Assembly: GCA_019828565.1 (NCBI GenBank)
Contig: JAHDYR010000008.1
Coordinates: forward strand, 310,001 to 374,000
Source of the DNA: Carpediemonas membranifera BICM
Lineage: Eukaryota; Protista; Fornicata
DNA: 64,000 nt
Direction of reading: 5' to 3'
The notes under the pieces are model-generated. The model did not search any database and was not told the DNA's origin. It saw only the letters and a program-made list of their open reading frames with translations. This document shows positions 1 through 10,888 of the stretch, one piece after another; positions within the stretch are counted from its first letter, which is position 1; every line of letters begins with the position of its first letter. The translations under genes and the position numbers were made by a program.

Positions 1-1553
1 TTCTCAGAGAACACGGGGGCAATGGTAGCAAGCTGGCCCTCGATGACCTCACCGGTGGAGCCATCAAGAGAGAGCCAGTCACCGCGCTTGAACACCTTGC
101 CGTTGATCTTCATCTGCTCGGCCTCCTCGTCGACCTCGACGGCGGAGCAGCCGGCAACGCAGCACTTGCCCATGCCGCGAGCGACAACAGCGGCGTGAGA
201 AGAGCAGCCACCGCGGGCGGTGAGGATGCCCTGGGACATGGTCACCGACGATATCCTCGGGGAGGTCTCAGCACGAACGAGGATGGCGGGCTCGCCAGCG
301 TTGAAGCGGGCCTCGGCATCAGCGGCGGTGAACTCGACGCGGCCAACACCAGCGCCGGGGGAGGCGGGGAGGCCAGTGGCGACGACGTTGCGGACAGCCT
401 TGGGGTCGAAGGTCTTGTGGAGAAGCTCGCCGATCTTGTTGGGCTCCTGGCGGAGGAGAGCCTCCTTCTCGGTGATCATGCCCTCCTTGACCATCTCAGC
501 GGCGATACGGACCATAGCGGCAGCGGTACGCTTGCCGACACGGGCCTGAAGCATGTAAAGCTTGCCGTCCTGGACGGTGAACTCGAGATCGACCATATCC
601 TTGTAGAAGGCCTCGAGCTTGTCGTAGTTATCGCAAAGCTGCTTGTAGACGCCGGGCCAGACACCGCCAACGGACTCCATATCGGAGATCTTGATGGGGG
701 TACGGATACCAGCGACGACGTCCTCACCCTGGGCGTTGGGGAGGAACTCACCGTAGATCATCTTCTCACCAGTGGCAGGGTCACGGGTGAAGCCAACACC
801 GGTGCCGGAGGTCTGGCCGAGGTTGCCGAAGACCATGGACTGGACGTTGACGGCAGTGCCCCAACGGTGGTCGATAGAGTGCATGTTGCGGTAGTAGACG
901 GCACGCTCGTTGGTCCAGGAGTCGAAGACAGCGTTGATAGCGCGGATGAGCTGGTCCTTGGGGTCCTTGGGGAACTCCTCGTTGATGGTCTTCTTGACCA
1001 TGGCGCGGTACTCGGCGACGCACTCCTTGAGGTGCTCGGCGGAGAGGTCGGTATCCTGGGCAGCAGAGTACTTCTTCTTGAGGCCCTCGAGGATGTGCTC
1101 GAAGTTCTTGTGGGGGACGCCGAGGACGACATCACCGTACATCTGGATGAAGCGGCGGTAAGCATCCCAAGCGAAGCGCTCGTTGCCAGAGTCCTTGGCG
1201 AGGCCCTCGACGGACTCGTCGTTGAGGCCGAGGTTGAGGACGGTATCCATCATGCCGGGCATGGAAACTCGGGCGCCGGAACGGACGGAGAGGAGAAGGG
1301 GCTTGGCGGAATCACCGAACTTGCGGCCAGTGGCATCCTCGATCTTCTTGAGAGCAGCCCAGATCTTAGCCTCATAGTCAACGGGCCAGGACTGGTTCTC
1401 CATGTAGTGAACGCAAGTCTGGCAAGGGATGACAAAGAAGGGGGGCACATCAAGGCCAATGTTGGACATCTGCATCAAACTGCAGCCCTTGCCGCCGAGG
1501 ACGGTCTTGTCAATCTCTGTGGGGACATCAAAAGTGAAAACCTGGTCAGCCAT
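1..1553 (-). CDS. PPDK: Pyruvate phosphate dikinase, N-terminal part (runs off the left edge)
   Basis: Manual translation from ATG at 1553: MADQVFTF...VLGGKG...PLLLSVRSGARVSMPGMMDTVLNLGLND...TARGGCSSHAAVVARGMGKCCV (phospho-His motif). Absent from the ORF track because it is open-ended. Confidence 0.97.
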   Translation of the reverse strand, partial: MADQVFTFDVPTEIDKTVLGGKGCSLMQMSNIGLDVPPFFVIPCQTCVHYMENQSWPVDYEAKIWAALKKIEDATGRKFGDSAKPLLLSVRSGARVSMPGMMDTVLNLGLNDESVEGLAKDSGNERFAWDAYRRFIQMYGDVVLGVPHKNFEHILEGLKKKYSAAQDTDLSAEHLKECVAEYRAMVKKTINEEFPKDPKDQLIRAINAVFDSWTNERAVYYRNMHSIDHRWGTAVNVQSMVFGNLGQTSGTGVGFTRDPATGEKMIYGEFLPNAQGEDVVAGIRTPIKISDMESVGGVWPGVYKQLCDNYDKLEAFYKDMVDLEFTVQDGKLYMLQARVGKRTAAAMVRIAAEMVKEGMITEKEALLRQEPNKIGELLHKTFDPKAVRNVVATGLPASPGAGVGRVEFTAADAEARFNAGEPAILVRAETSPRISSVTMSQGILTARGGCSSHAAVVARGMGKCCVAGCSAVEVDEEAEQMKINGKVFKRGDWLSLDGSTGEVIEGQLATIAPVFSE

Positions 1554-1994
1554 GGCTCTCTTCGAGTTCTGTTGCATAAAAAGCGGAGAAAAAAAAAGCT
1601 GGGGTACCTTCGTCCCCGTGGACTCTAGCTCTGCTTGGGTCATTGCGGGTCAGCTGTCTATGTGTACATTTTTTGGTGGCGAAAAGCAATCTTTACCCAC
1701 GTTGCCACTATTGGAGCACAGCTTGGGTATTTTGGTCCCCGGAACATGCTTATAGTGTGCCATAAAGACGAGTAATGGGCTAGTAGTTCGCAGCACACTC
1801 GAGTCATGAGCGGCCAAAATCAATTTCGGGGCAGACTGGACTTCGCCATCACCGGTGCGTCAGAAGCCTGAGGAAGCCAGGTCCAATAGCTGCAAGCACG
1901 ATAAAACTCCATCAAGCCTTGTAGCACCCACACTTTGTCGATTGGGAAGACGGCAACTTTTTTCTTGCCATGAAAAGCTGAGTGATAGAAGAGG

Positions 1995-3254
1995 ATGTCT
2001 ACATCTCAACAGAAGAAGGCCCCGCTTCCCGCACTAACTGGCCAGAGGACCAGACAGCGCAAGAAGCATATCCCGACCGTTCTTGATCCCGAGGGGTTTG
2101 TCAGAGACGTGAACGAGTTCTTCGTCTCCAAGGACTTCGACATCTCCCCCGCGGTGGCTGAGGAGCTTATAGGCGAGCCCACCTTTGATAACACAAAGCG
2201 TCCACTCATTGACCATGCGCAGTTCTTCTTCAATTACCTCCTGTTTGGCAACCGCAACTTTGCTGCCATCAAAACAAAGCTTCCCGAAGAGCTGACCCCT
2301 CGCCGTTACGCCCTTACCTGCCCCGACGAGGAGGTGATTCTGTTCGTTCAGTTTATCGCGGCCCTGTGCCAGCGGAAGTCGAAGCTGAAGACGAGAATCC
2401 CTGATTTCTTCACCGGCGTCATTGGTTCCCTCATCTCTCTCGACGAGTCCTCCAGCACTGCCATTCTTCGCATCGCCCACATCACGACGTGCTTCATCAA
2501 GGAGGGGCTGATGGCCGTCGACGTCCTCCGTGAGCTGACGGTGACAACGTCTACTGCCGTCGAGTCTGGCCTCGCCCAGACCGTGCTGATCGCTGTGATC
2601 AAGAACTACGCTGCTATGACGACTGAGCGCCGTGCCATCGCGATGCTGAAGACGGGCGGCTTCATCAAGACCCTCCGCAAGTACATCCCCTTCACACAGA
2701 GGGAGAACTTCAACCAGATCATGGAGGATAACGGCATTGGGTTCGTTGCCGTTGAAACACAGCGCACATACGACGCCAAGGTCCGCAAGGAGGCCATCAG
2801 TGTCATCTCTAAGGCCCTCTCCGAGTCCGGGCCCGCGGAGGCACACAAGAAGCACGCCGAGTCTGTAGAGGCGCTCTCCCTGGACGAGGAGGACGCAGCG
2901 CTGCTCCTGTGGGACGCCATGGCGACCTCCCTCCCCGCCACCAAGCAGGAGCTCGTCAAGAGCCTCGAGGCGTGGGCATCTATGCTCACTGGCTTCACCA
3001 TGGACAAGCCCGTGATCCAGGGGAAGCTGATCATGGCCGTCCAGTCGTCATGCTACTCTGAGCCCAAGCTGCTCAACTACTTTGGATCGATCGTGCAGCT
3101 GTTCTACCACCACGAGGTGCTCGACGAGGACGTTATTGTCGCGTGGAACCGGGTTTCGTCCGGCAAGGGTGCGTCTGTGTTCAAGGGCCAGCTCTCTGGC
3201 CTCCTTCGGTGGTTCGACCAGGCCGAGGAGGAGCCCGAGGAGGCGGAAGAGTAA
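1995..3254 (+). CDS. BZW: eIF5-mimic protein (BZW/5MP) with C-terminal W2 domain
   Basis: N-terminal P.LTGQR..(T/Q)RK motif; C-terminal YHHEVLDEDVIVAW...KGASVF...LLRWFDQAEEE acidic-aromatic boxes. Confidence 0.85.
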   Translation: MSTSQQKKAPLPALTGQRTRQRKKHIPTVLDPEGFVRDVNEFFVSKDFDISPAVAEELIGEPTFDNTKRPLIDHAQFFFNYLLFGNRNFAAIKTKLPEELTPRRYALTCPDEEVILFVQFIAALCQRKSKLKTRIPDFFTGVIGSLISLDESSSTAILRIAHITTCFIKEGLMAVDVLRELTVTTSTAVESGLAQTVLIAVIKNYAAMTTERRAIAMLKTGGFIKTLRKYIPFTQRENFNQIMEDNGIGFVAVETQRTYDAKVRKEAISVISKALSESGPAEAHKKHAESVEALSLDEEDAALLLWDAMATSLPATKQELVKSLEAWASMLTGFTMDKPVIQGKLIMAVQSSCYSEPKLLNYFGSIVQLFYHHEVLDEDVIVAWNRVSSGKGASVFKGQLSGLLRWFDQAEEEPEEAEE

Positions 3255-3384
3255 ACGGTATTCGTATGGGGGGCGGCGGGCTGGCTGCCTTGTATACACA
3301 CCATTGGGATGGAGACCTGTGGCCCGTCTGGTCATGGGTTAAGGTGCGCTTGGGTGAACGTCGAACCTGTCTTGTCAGGCTCGA

Positions 3385-4008
3385 ATGTCGAGCATCGATG
3401 TGTTTGGGAGCATCCTGGGTTATTTAGCGACGCTATGCTTTACTATCCAATACGTACCCCAGTTGCTCTCCAACTACCGCCGTAGATCCGTGGAGGGGCT
3501 TAGTTTGACGTGCTACGTCATCAAGCTCATCGGAGCGTACTTCCTGTTCGTCGTGGCGCTTATCTCGGGGGAGCATCCCTCTGTGATATGCTATGGGATG
3601 GTCAACTTGATCCAATACAACCTCTTCATGTTCTTTTGGTTCCGATTCCGCCACGTCCACTGGGTCGCTTGGACTGCCCTCACTCCCATGGCTCCCCTTG
3701 TGCTCGTCTACCTCTGGCCCGAGGTGGGCAACTACACCATCTTCCTCAAGCCCCTCTCCCAGGTGTTCTCCCACATCCCCCAACTGATGCTCGTGTACAA
3801 AGCAAAGACCACTAATGGTGTCAGCATGAAGACGCAGGGTCTCTGCTTCATGGGCGGGCTGTGCGGCTTCATCATGACCCTTCTAGTCCCCCCCAAGTCG
3901 TTTGGAGTCACCGCCGCCTACATCTGTGCCATGGGGCAGGGGGGCACGCTGGTGGCAGCCAGGGTCTACTACGGCGATCATCCTCGGCTGGGGGCGAGGG
4001 GTGTCTGA
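3385..4008 (+). CDS. PQ-loop family membrane transporter
   Basis: Two PQ motifs (YVPQLLSNYRRRSVEGLS; HIPQLMLVYKAKTTNGVS) and multiple hydrophobic helices. Confidence 0.9.
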   Translation: MSSIDVFGSILGYLATLCFTIQYVPQLLSNYRRRSVEGLSLTCYVIKLIGAYFLFVVALISGEHPSVICYGMVNLIQYNLFMFFWFRFRHVHWVAWTALTPMAPLVLVYLWPEVGNYTIFLKPLSQVFSHIPQLMLVYKAKTTNGVSMKTQGLCFMGGLCGFIMTLLVPPKSFGVTAAYICAMGQGGTLVAARVYYGDHPRLGARGV

Positions 4009-4217
4009 TGGCTGGCGGTGTCAACACAACGCTCCGTAAATTTATCACTGCAGTGTGATCCATTTGAACCAAGTCTATTTGACTCCAAAATTTACTGTGG
4101 AGCCGCTGTTCTTGCCCCGACCCTGACATACGGTGACGTTAAAGGTGACGTTAACCTCGGATGGATTGATGGTGTCTCAAATACTTCGATGCATTTTTAG
4201 GTCATCCGGCTGGAATT

Positions 4218-5846
4218 TTGGGAATTTTAGTAGACCCCCGGCCTCCTCTCAGGCATGAGCATGCGTACGCACTCTTGGGGCCAGCGGACACTGACACGCA
4301 GTACGCAATTTACACAAAGCCCAGAATGTCGGCCGGTGGTTGGGACATTGTCCGAGTGAGCGAGGCCAAGCAACAGCTCATTCGACATGTGATAACGATC
4401 GCACCGGTAGCTTTGACGGATGCAGCGCTCGAAAGGCTGCAGCATGACGAACAGAGGAAGGCTCAGGCCTCAAAACACACAAAGAAGAAGCGTCGCAGCA
4501 AAATTATCACGTTTAAGAAGTTTTTGATGGACAAAGGGATCCTGGAGGACGAGAATCAGTACGCGGAGTTCGCGGGCCTCTTTCTCGCCGATGCCCTGGT
4601 GCATCGGCCGGCCAGCGAGCGGGATCTCTTCACCGCACATCCGAATCCACGCGGAGCTGAAAACCCTACGCACGACCAACCGCTCCAGATCATCGGGGAC
4701 GCCATCTACTATCGTCCAACCGGTGTACCCCGAAACCGAGACGAGCTGCACCGCCTCCTGCTCCACAAGGCGACCGGGATATCCCTCGAGGTGCTCATCA
4801 GGGATATCGTGTCCGCTAAAAAGGGGTCGACGTCCTTCCCCCCATTTGTCCAATACGCTGGCTTCACGTCGGACCTCGTCACGCTCACACGCCCCCCCGG
4901 GCCGGGCCAGTGGCAGCGTGCACTCATCATGCAGCGTGTGGAGAAGGTGAAGAGCGCCTCGACCAAGGGTCGCAGTATTGTCCAGGCCGAGCTGGACAAG
5001 ATGGGGCCACGACTGAGGGATGATGTCATGAAGAAGGTGGTGGAGGCGTTCGACAAGCCCGACTTCCAGCAGAACCTGCCCGACGAGGTGCGAATCACGG
5101 ACGGTGAGATGAGGAAACCCATGGAGGGGATCCTAAAACTGCTCGAGTCACTTGACGAGTTCACCTTCTCAGCAGAAATGAGACCCGCGGAGAAGAAACG
5201 AGCGAGTGAAGTGCTACAACAGATCAACGTCCGTGTCGATTCATTCCAAGCCCTGGTCAAGCAGGTCTTTGAGTCGATGGGTAAGGACAAAGGTGTGAAG
5301 CAGACGGCCTCAGTCATCCTATCCCGGAACCTGCTGGCACCCGGTAAGAAGGGGCCGAGCAAGGGGGCGCTGAGTGTGCTGGCCGAGATCCGCGAGTCGG
5401 GTGAGAAGATCGTCGCCGACCTGGAGAAGTCAGTGACGATGATCAGCACGGCCGACGGTAAGCGGGCGGCCAAGACGACGGACACCGAGGGTCTGTTCCC
5501 GCCGGTCCAGCCGGACAAGCTCCTGCCCCAGCTCATCGACGAGTACACCGGGACCAAGGAGCAGGACCCCAAGGACGGGGTCGGGGCGGGGTTCAGCGTA
5601 TTCCCCCTGGACAGCAGCATGCCCTTCCTGCAGGTCGACAACGAGCTCGTGCGTCGGTGGCACCAGGTGTCCATGCCCAACAAGGAAGTGCTCCACCAGA
5701 CTGTCATTGAGAGCCTGAGGAAGTGGAACAAGCCCGTGTTCACTGAGGGGCACGTCGAGGTCATGGGGCGTGACCAGATGAGACGTCAACAGGCCATGAG
5801 AAAGAGGCTGCTCAAGAGGAGGCAGGCCCGGGGTGGTATCGACTGA
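4218..5846 (+). CDS. Hypothetical protein; true start probably upstream via a short intron near 4172-4200
   Basis: 542-codon ORF with host-like codon bias; no motif recognised. Confidence 0.7.
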   Translation: MGILVDPRPPLRHEHAYALLGPADTDTQYAIYTKPRMSAGGWDIVRVSEAKQQLIRHVITIAPVALTDAALERLQHDEQRKAQASKHTKKKRRSKIITFKKFLMDKGILEDENQYAEFAGLFLADALVHRPASERDLFTAHPNPRGAENPTHDQPLQIIGDAIYYRPTGVPRNRDELHRLLLHKATGISLEVLIRDIVSAKKGSTSFPPFVQYAGFTSDLVTLTRPPGPGQWQRALIMQRVEKVKSASTKGRSIVQAELDKMGPRLRDDVMKKVVEAFDKPDFQQNLPDEVRITDGEMRKPMEGILKLLESLDEFTFSAEMRPAEKKRASEVLQQINVRVDSFQALVKQVFESMGKDKGVKQTASVILSRNLLAPGKKGPSKGALSVLAEIRESGEKIVADLEKSVTMISTADGKRAAKTTDTEGLFPPVQPDKLLPQLIDEYTGTKEQDPKDGVGAGFSVFPLDSSMPFLQVDNELVRRWHQVSMPNKEVLHQTVIESLRKWNKPVFTEGHVEVMGRDQMRRQQAMRKRLLKRRQARGGID

Positions 5847-5962
5847 GATAAACTACGGCCTGGGGGTCTAGTAACGGCTGTTGGCGGTGTGGAGCGGGCT
5901 GCGGGGGGCGGGTCGTTGCATCAATTAGCAAAACCCGCCGAAGTATCAACGACGGAATAACA

Positions 5963-6886
5963 ATGGAGCAGTTGGCGAAGCTCGTAGACGACGGCGCCTT
6001 TTATGAAGCCCACCAGCACCTAAACACACTCATATTCCGCCATATGCGCGGGAAACGCTACACCAAAGCCTTCGACCTCATGAAGAGTACTATAGAGAAG
6101 TTCGTCGAGGTCAAGCAGATCAGAAGCGCTGGCGACATTTCTAGAGACCTCATTGAGAACTACGACCGGGCCAACATCCCTCCGGAGGAGTGGCTGGAGA
6201 CGTTGTCTGAACTGACGAAGCTCTTTGACAAGTCCACCGTCCAATTCGGGGAGGATCTGCACAAGGAGGCTCTCAAGCAGCTTGTAGAGATCATGCAGCA
6301 CGCCATGTTCAAGGCGTCCCACGGCGATGCCCCCGTCCCCGCCGCCCTCCATACCCTAGTTGCCCAGGCCTACCACGCCCAAGGCTCGCTCCCCCTGGCT
6401 CTCGAGCACTACCTCCTGGGCGACCCGGCTCTCGAGTCCATCGTGCGGCTGACGGTTGACTGGGCGAAGCGGTGTCCGGCTGAGGCTGACCTTGTGTTGA
6501 CCAGGACGGTGCTGAGAATGCTGGCAGACGAGAGACGCCGCATCACGGGTGCTTCGAGCGTCTACCGCAAGTTCTGCCAGACCTTCCCCGGAGATACAGA
6601 GTCGGGCAGCCCCCCTGGCCTGCTCCCCCCCAGAGCAACAGTCGCCGCCACACCGCTGACAAACTTCACAGCCATGCTACTGAAACTGGTCCGGATGGCG
6701 AACAAGGGCGACGTAGAGTCGGCCACGCCCCTATTCCAGCACCTGCTCGAGACGTACGGGCCCGAGCTGGGAAGGGATGAGTCATTCGCTGATGAAATCC
6801 AACGGATCTCGAAGATCTACTTTAAGATCATGCCGGCGCCAGCGGGGGGACTCCAAGGGATGCTGAGCTCGCTGTTTGGGATGTAA
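5963..6886 (+). CDS. GET4: GET4/TRC35 tail-anchored protein targeting factor
   Basis: G.FYEAHQ N-terminal motif, EADL..TR.VL, PL.NF..LL, C-terminal GGLQGMLSSLFG. Confidence 0.85.
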   Translation: MEQLAKLVDDGAFYEAHQHLNTLIFRHMRGKRYTKAFDLMKSTIEKFVEVKQIRSAGDISRDLIENYDRANIPPEEWLETLSELTKLFDKSTVQFGEDLHKEALKQLVEIMQHAMFKASHGDAPVPAALHTLVAQAYHAQGSLPLALEHYLLGDPALESIVRLTVDWAKRCPAEADLVLTRTVLRMLADERRRITGASSVYRKFCQTFPGDTESGSPPGLLPPRATVAATPLTNFTAMLLKLVRMANKGDVESATPLFQHLLETYGPELGRDESFADEIQRISKIYFKIMPAPAGGLQGMLSSLFGM

Positions 6887-7103
6887 ATTCGGCTCTCATG
6901 CGGACTTGGCATATTGTGTAATCGCTCGTGGTAAGATCTGTCAATGGTGGAAAAATGTCATTCCCCATAGTTTTCCAAGCCCTGGCGAATCCAGTGGGAT
7001 GGGGCTTGGGCTTGAAGGAGGCGACACGCCACCGACCTCCATAAAATGTGCAGTTTATGATACGAAAAATTCGAGCGAGTGCTCTGCATTAATCGCTGGA
7101 ATA

Positions 7104-8774
7104 ATGGAGAATGTTATTGTGTTGAACAGTAGTGCGATGCGCCAAAAGAACAATGGCAACATTCAGGCCGCTAAGGCTGTAGCTGACGTGATTAGGACAA
7201 CCCTCGGTCCCTCTGCAGCTCTCAAGATGATCCTGGACCCCATGGGCGGTATTGTCATGACCAACGATGGTAACGCTATTCTTCGTGAGATCGATGTCTC
7301 GCATCCTGCTGCCAAGCTCATGCTAGAGATCTCCAGATCTCAGGATGACAGCGCTGGCGATGGAACGACTGCTGTGATCATTCTGGCTGGTGAGGCGCTT
7401 GCTGTCTCTCGCCGCCTGCTCGAGGTAGACCATCTTCACCCTACAATCGTGATTAGCGGCTACTACAAGGCTCTCGAGGAGGCCGTTGCTCACACAAAGA
7501 CTCTTACCAAGACGATCGACACAAACGACGACGATGAGATACGCACTGTCATCAAGAGCACTGTCGGCACCAAGTTCGTCAAGTCCTGGAGCGACCTCGT
7601 CTGCAACCTCGCGCTGAAGGCTGTCCGCACCGTTGCCGTCACCAAGGAGGGCCAGGCGACTCCCGAGATCGACATCAAGCGCTATGCTAAGGTCGAGAAG
7701 ATCCCTGGCGGTGCCGTGGAGGACTGCCAGGTGCTCAACGGCGTTATGATCAACAAGGACGTCGTCCACGCCGGCATGGACCGCTTCAAGCGCGACGCCC
7801 GTGTTGTTCTTCTGGACTCTTCGTTTGAGTACAAGAAGGCTGAGTCTACCCTCGAGATCGACGTCTCCAAGGGCGAGGACTACACCAAGTTCCTCAAGCT
7901 CGAGCGGGAGTGGGTCCAGAAGCAGTGCTCGGCCATCCTCGCCGTCAACCCCTCCGTGGTCATCACCGAGAAGGGGCTGGACGACGAGGCTCAGGAGATC
8001 TTTGCTCGTCACGGCGTTTCATGCATCCGCCGGCTCCGGAAGACCGACCTGCACCGTGTGGCCCGCGTAACGGGCGCCACTGTTGTCCACCGCATGGAGG
8101 ACATCAAGGCGTCGGACGTCGGCACCGCCAGCACGTTTGAAATCAAGAAGATCGGCGATGAGTACTTCACGTTCATCACGCAGGACGAGGACGTCCCAGT
8201 CCAGCCCAAGGCCTGCTCCATCCTGCTCCGCGGCGCCAGTAAGGACGTCCTGAACGAGATTGAGCGCAACCTTGCCGACGCCATGAACGTTGCCCGTAAC
8301 ATCATCATCGACCCCCGTCTGCTGCCCGGCGGCGGCGCATACGAGATGGCCCTCGCCACCCACCTCGCCAAGTGCTCCCAAAAGATCACTGGGCTCGAGC
8401 AGAAGGCGTATGCGGCCCTAGCCTCGTCGTTCGAGGTCATCCCGCGCACGCTCGCCCAAAACTGCGGCGCTGAGGTCATCCGCGTCGTGACTGAGCTCCG
8501 CTCGATGCACAACAAGCCCGGCATGGAGACCTGGGGCGTGGACGGCTACACCGGCAAGCTACAGGACATGGCTGCGGCCAACATCTGGGACCCCATGTCC
8601 GTCCGACTCCAGTGCGTCAAGACGGCCGTGGAGAACGCCACCCACCTCCTTCGTATCGACGACGTCATCTCCGGGACCACCCCCTCTGCCGGTCGGGGAC
8701 AGCGGGCGGCCCAGGAGCAGGCGGCGGGCATGGACACGCAGGGCATGGACGTCCGCGGGATGAACACGTTGTAA
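7104..8774 (+). CDS. CCT3: T-complex protein 1 subunit gamma
   Basis: NIQAAKAVADVIRTTLGP, MTNDGNAILREI, GDGTT, EIDIKRYAKVEKIPGG; the likely ATG is 7104, not the ORF-track start. Confidence 0.96.
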   Translation: MENVIVLNSSAMRQKNNGNIQAAKAVADVIRTTLGPSAALKMILDPMGGIVMTNDGNAILREIDVSHPAAKLMLEISRSQDDSAGDGTTAVIILAGEALAVSRRLLEVDHLHPTIVISGYYKALEEAVAHTKTLTKTIDTNDDDEIRTVIKSTVGTKFVKSWSDLVCNLALKAVRTVAVTKEGQATPEIDIKRYAKVEKIPGGAVEDCQVLNGVMINKDVVHAGMDRFKRDARVVLLDSSFEYKKAESTLEIDVSKGEDYTKFLKLEREWVQKQCSAILAVNPSVVITEKGLDDEAQEIFARHGVSCIRRLRKTDLHRVARVTGATVVHRMEDIKASDVGTASTFEIKKIGDEYFTFITQDEDVPVQPKACSILLRGASKDVLNEIERNLADAMNVARNIIIDPRLLPGGGAYEMALATHLAKCSQKITGLEQKAYAALASSFEVIPRTLAQNCGAEVIRVVTELRSMHNKPGMETWGVDGYTGKLQDMAAANIWDPMSVRLQCVKTAVENATHLLRIDDVISGTTPSAGRGQRAAQEQAAGMDTQGMDVRGMNTL

Positions 8775-9470
8775 ATTGCTGGCTTAGCGCCCGTTCTTTG
8801 GTCGGCTCCTGTCTTGTGTACTTTGTGAAAGCCACAGGGGAAGGGTGTTTTCTGGAGGGACCAAAGCGCGTGAGACGGGGCTTGCTAGTACTATACTTCA
8901 CGCACCTCAATAAAGGTGTTGGAGGCCCTCTTACTCGAGGCTAACCCTAGCCGCGGTCGCCTCTTCACAGCTGACCATCGTATCATTTACGATCAACTTC
9001 TTTGTCTATCCGGAGTCATGTGAGCGACAACGCCCAATGAGACGTGGGGAGCTGGTGTAGCTTCAAGCATGAAATGATGCAGCTCGGCAGTGTCGAAGCA
9101 ACATCCCCACTTCGGTCACCCACCAATGTCGGGTTGAGTCTGGAGATAGTCAAGTTATGCTGCTGTCGATATATTGTAACATGGCGTGGGCGACAGAGAC
9201 TCAGCCACCGTCACCTTCTCTTGTCATGGTTCATACTCGTCCACACGGGATGCAGGTGACCCACTCCCTCAGTCGACAGCCCTGGTCCGCCTCTATTTAG
9301 TATCCATTTCCAGTAGTAGCAACCTGTTTCCCCGGTAACATACCCAGCCCGACTGGTATACGTCCCTCCAACTCCCTCGTCCTTCACAGATCTCCAGTCG
9401 AGCCCATGCCCTGCCGAGTGCCCGGAGTTTGACCTCCCTTGCGTAACCTAGTCAGTACAAACCGAGTTCC

Positions 9471-9500
9471 TGTGCTGCGCAGGATTAGAATTGTTGAGTC
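9471..9500. repeat. 30-bp direct repeat flanking Fanzor-like element A (copy 3' of the ORF)
   Basis: tgtgctgcgcaggattagaattgttgagtc, identical to 10859-10888. Confidence 0.95.
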
Positions 9501-9620
9501 CAAAACACACAGTGATCCAAGCAGCATCAGGATCGCAGTGTGGTTCATCATACTCTATCAATCGTGCGCTGCATATCACGCGCGCTGCAGCGCGTGTTTG
9601 CTCAACTTAGCAAGTTAATG
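9501..9620 (-). ncRNA. Candidate omega-RNA scaffold of element A
   Basis: Three tandem hairpins between the stop codon and the direct repeat on the coding strand: ttgct-aagttg-agcaa; cacgcgc-tgcagc-gcgcgtg; cacactgcgatcc...ggatcactgtgtg. Confidence 0.5.
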
Positions 9621-10780
9621 ATAGCGAGGAAGAGCACCTCTCTGGGAGTCGTAGTGGAAAGGAGATTGCTCCATCTGATCTGAAGTTGCATCGAAGGTGC
9701 ACCAAAGGATGTTCTCGCTGGCGCTCTTATCTCGGTGAGAGAGATTGAGAAGTATGTCTGCTCGGGAGCCGACGTAGCCGTTCAACGCGCCATGGAGCTC
9801 CCTCGCACGCGGGATTCTGGCAGAGCATGGTGCGGTGTGTGTGCACCACGCGTCTGAAGTGTGCTTTGCAGTATGGGCACACGATGGAAGTGCGGAATTC
9901 GGAGACCATCGTGACAGTCACGACGACGTTGTGCCGGAGCATGATGCCAGGAAGAGCTCGAGCAAAGTGGCGGTACGGAGCACACGAGGGAGTGCTGGCG
10001 GAACCGAACAGTGCAGCCCCATACGCGACGGTGAATGGGCTCCGGGGGGCGCCCGCCGAGATCATCCAGGAGTTGACGTCCAGCCCGGGTGAAGTGCTTC
10101 AGGCGCAGACAGTGATTGGCAAAAGTCGCACGGCGGAAACACTTTCTCGTCCCCTCGTTGATGATCTGAACGATGTTCTCATGGACAAACCTAATCGACT
10201 GTTTGAGAGCCTCTAGACTTGTCGTTTTGAACGATGCTGCGCTCATATTCACACGGAAAGAGGGGGTGGCAGTGTAGCCACACTTAGCGAGCACGCCAGA
10301 TACACTCTGCCCGTCTGGGCGGCGGATCGTGTAGCCGCCCAGCGACCGAGCACCAGGGTCGAAGCCCATGCGAGCTTGAATGTCCGGGGCAGGAGTAGCC
10401 TCGGCGTCATCCTGACCGAGCCGAGCCCGCTTGTTGCTGCTACCCTTTTTGTACGTGGGCCGGTCAGCCACCCGACCGCCACGGTATTTCTCGCGACCCA
10501 CCCAAACCGTCACAGCAACAGAGACCCCGTCTATCGTCACAGAGAGCACTCTGCGGAGCTTGGTGATGTCGCCGTGATCACGCTCGTATTCAGCCACCTG
10601 CTCGTCGGTCAAATTCTTGGTTGCTGACCAATTCACGTGCACACGGAGGCGCCTCTTCATCGCTGGGGTGAGCGCTGTTACTCCGCGGCAATGGACGACA
10701 GATGAGCGCGTAACAGACGAGCACAGACGCGAAAGAAGACAGCAGCGTTCGACACAGACGATGGACGGCAGACGACGCAT
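9615..10780 (-). pseudogene. Fanzor1-like RuvC nuclease A (C-terminal half, two frameshifts)
   Basis: SVTIDGVSV; RuvC-I MGFDPG (D at 10358-10360); VAYGAALF; RuvC-II VSEFRTS (E at 9898-9900); CPYC...CQNPAC zinc ribbon; RuvC-III HRDKSASENI (D at 9729-9731). Frameshifts near 10050 (homopolymer) and 9750. Confidence 0.85.
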
Positions 10781-10858
10781 CTTTTTGTGCAGACCGACGA
10801 CTGAAAGCACGACAGCCCGATCGTACAGACGAGGGCTGAAGTGGGTGAGTGGAGGTAG

Positions 10859-10888
10859 TGTGCTGCGCAGGATTAGAATTGTTGAGTC
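10859..10888. repeat. 30-bp direct repeat flanking element A (copy 5' of the ORF)
   Basis: Identical to 9471-9500. Confidence 0.95.

Larger units (their letters stand above)
9501..10858 (-). mobile_element. Fanzor1/TnpB-like element A, about 1.36 kb, probably internally deleted
   Basis: RuvC/Zn-finger coding region bounded by 30-bp direct repeats; no transposase, TIRs or poly(A) tail. Confidence 0.8.

Noticed and set aside
195-1628. 477-aa + strand ORF (and similar long antisense ORFs at 18670-20682, 56941-58608, 7323-8012, 20695-21396)
   Set aside because: Antisense shadows of GC3-rich genes (PPDK, LCB2, PK, CCT3, iPGM); no motifs of their own
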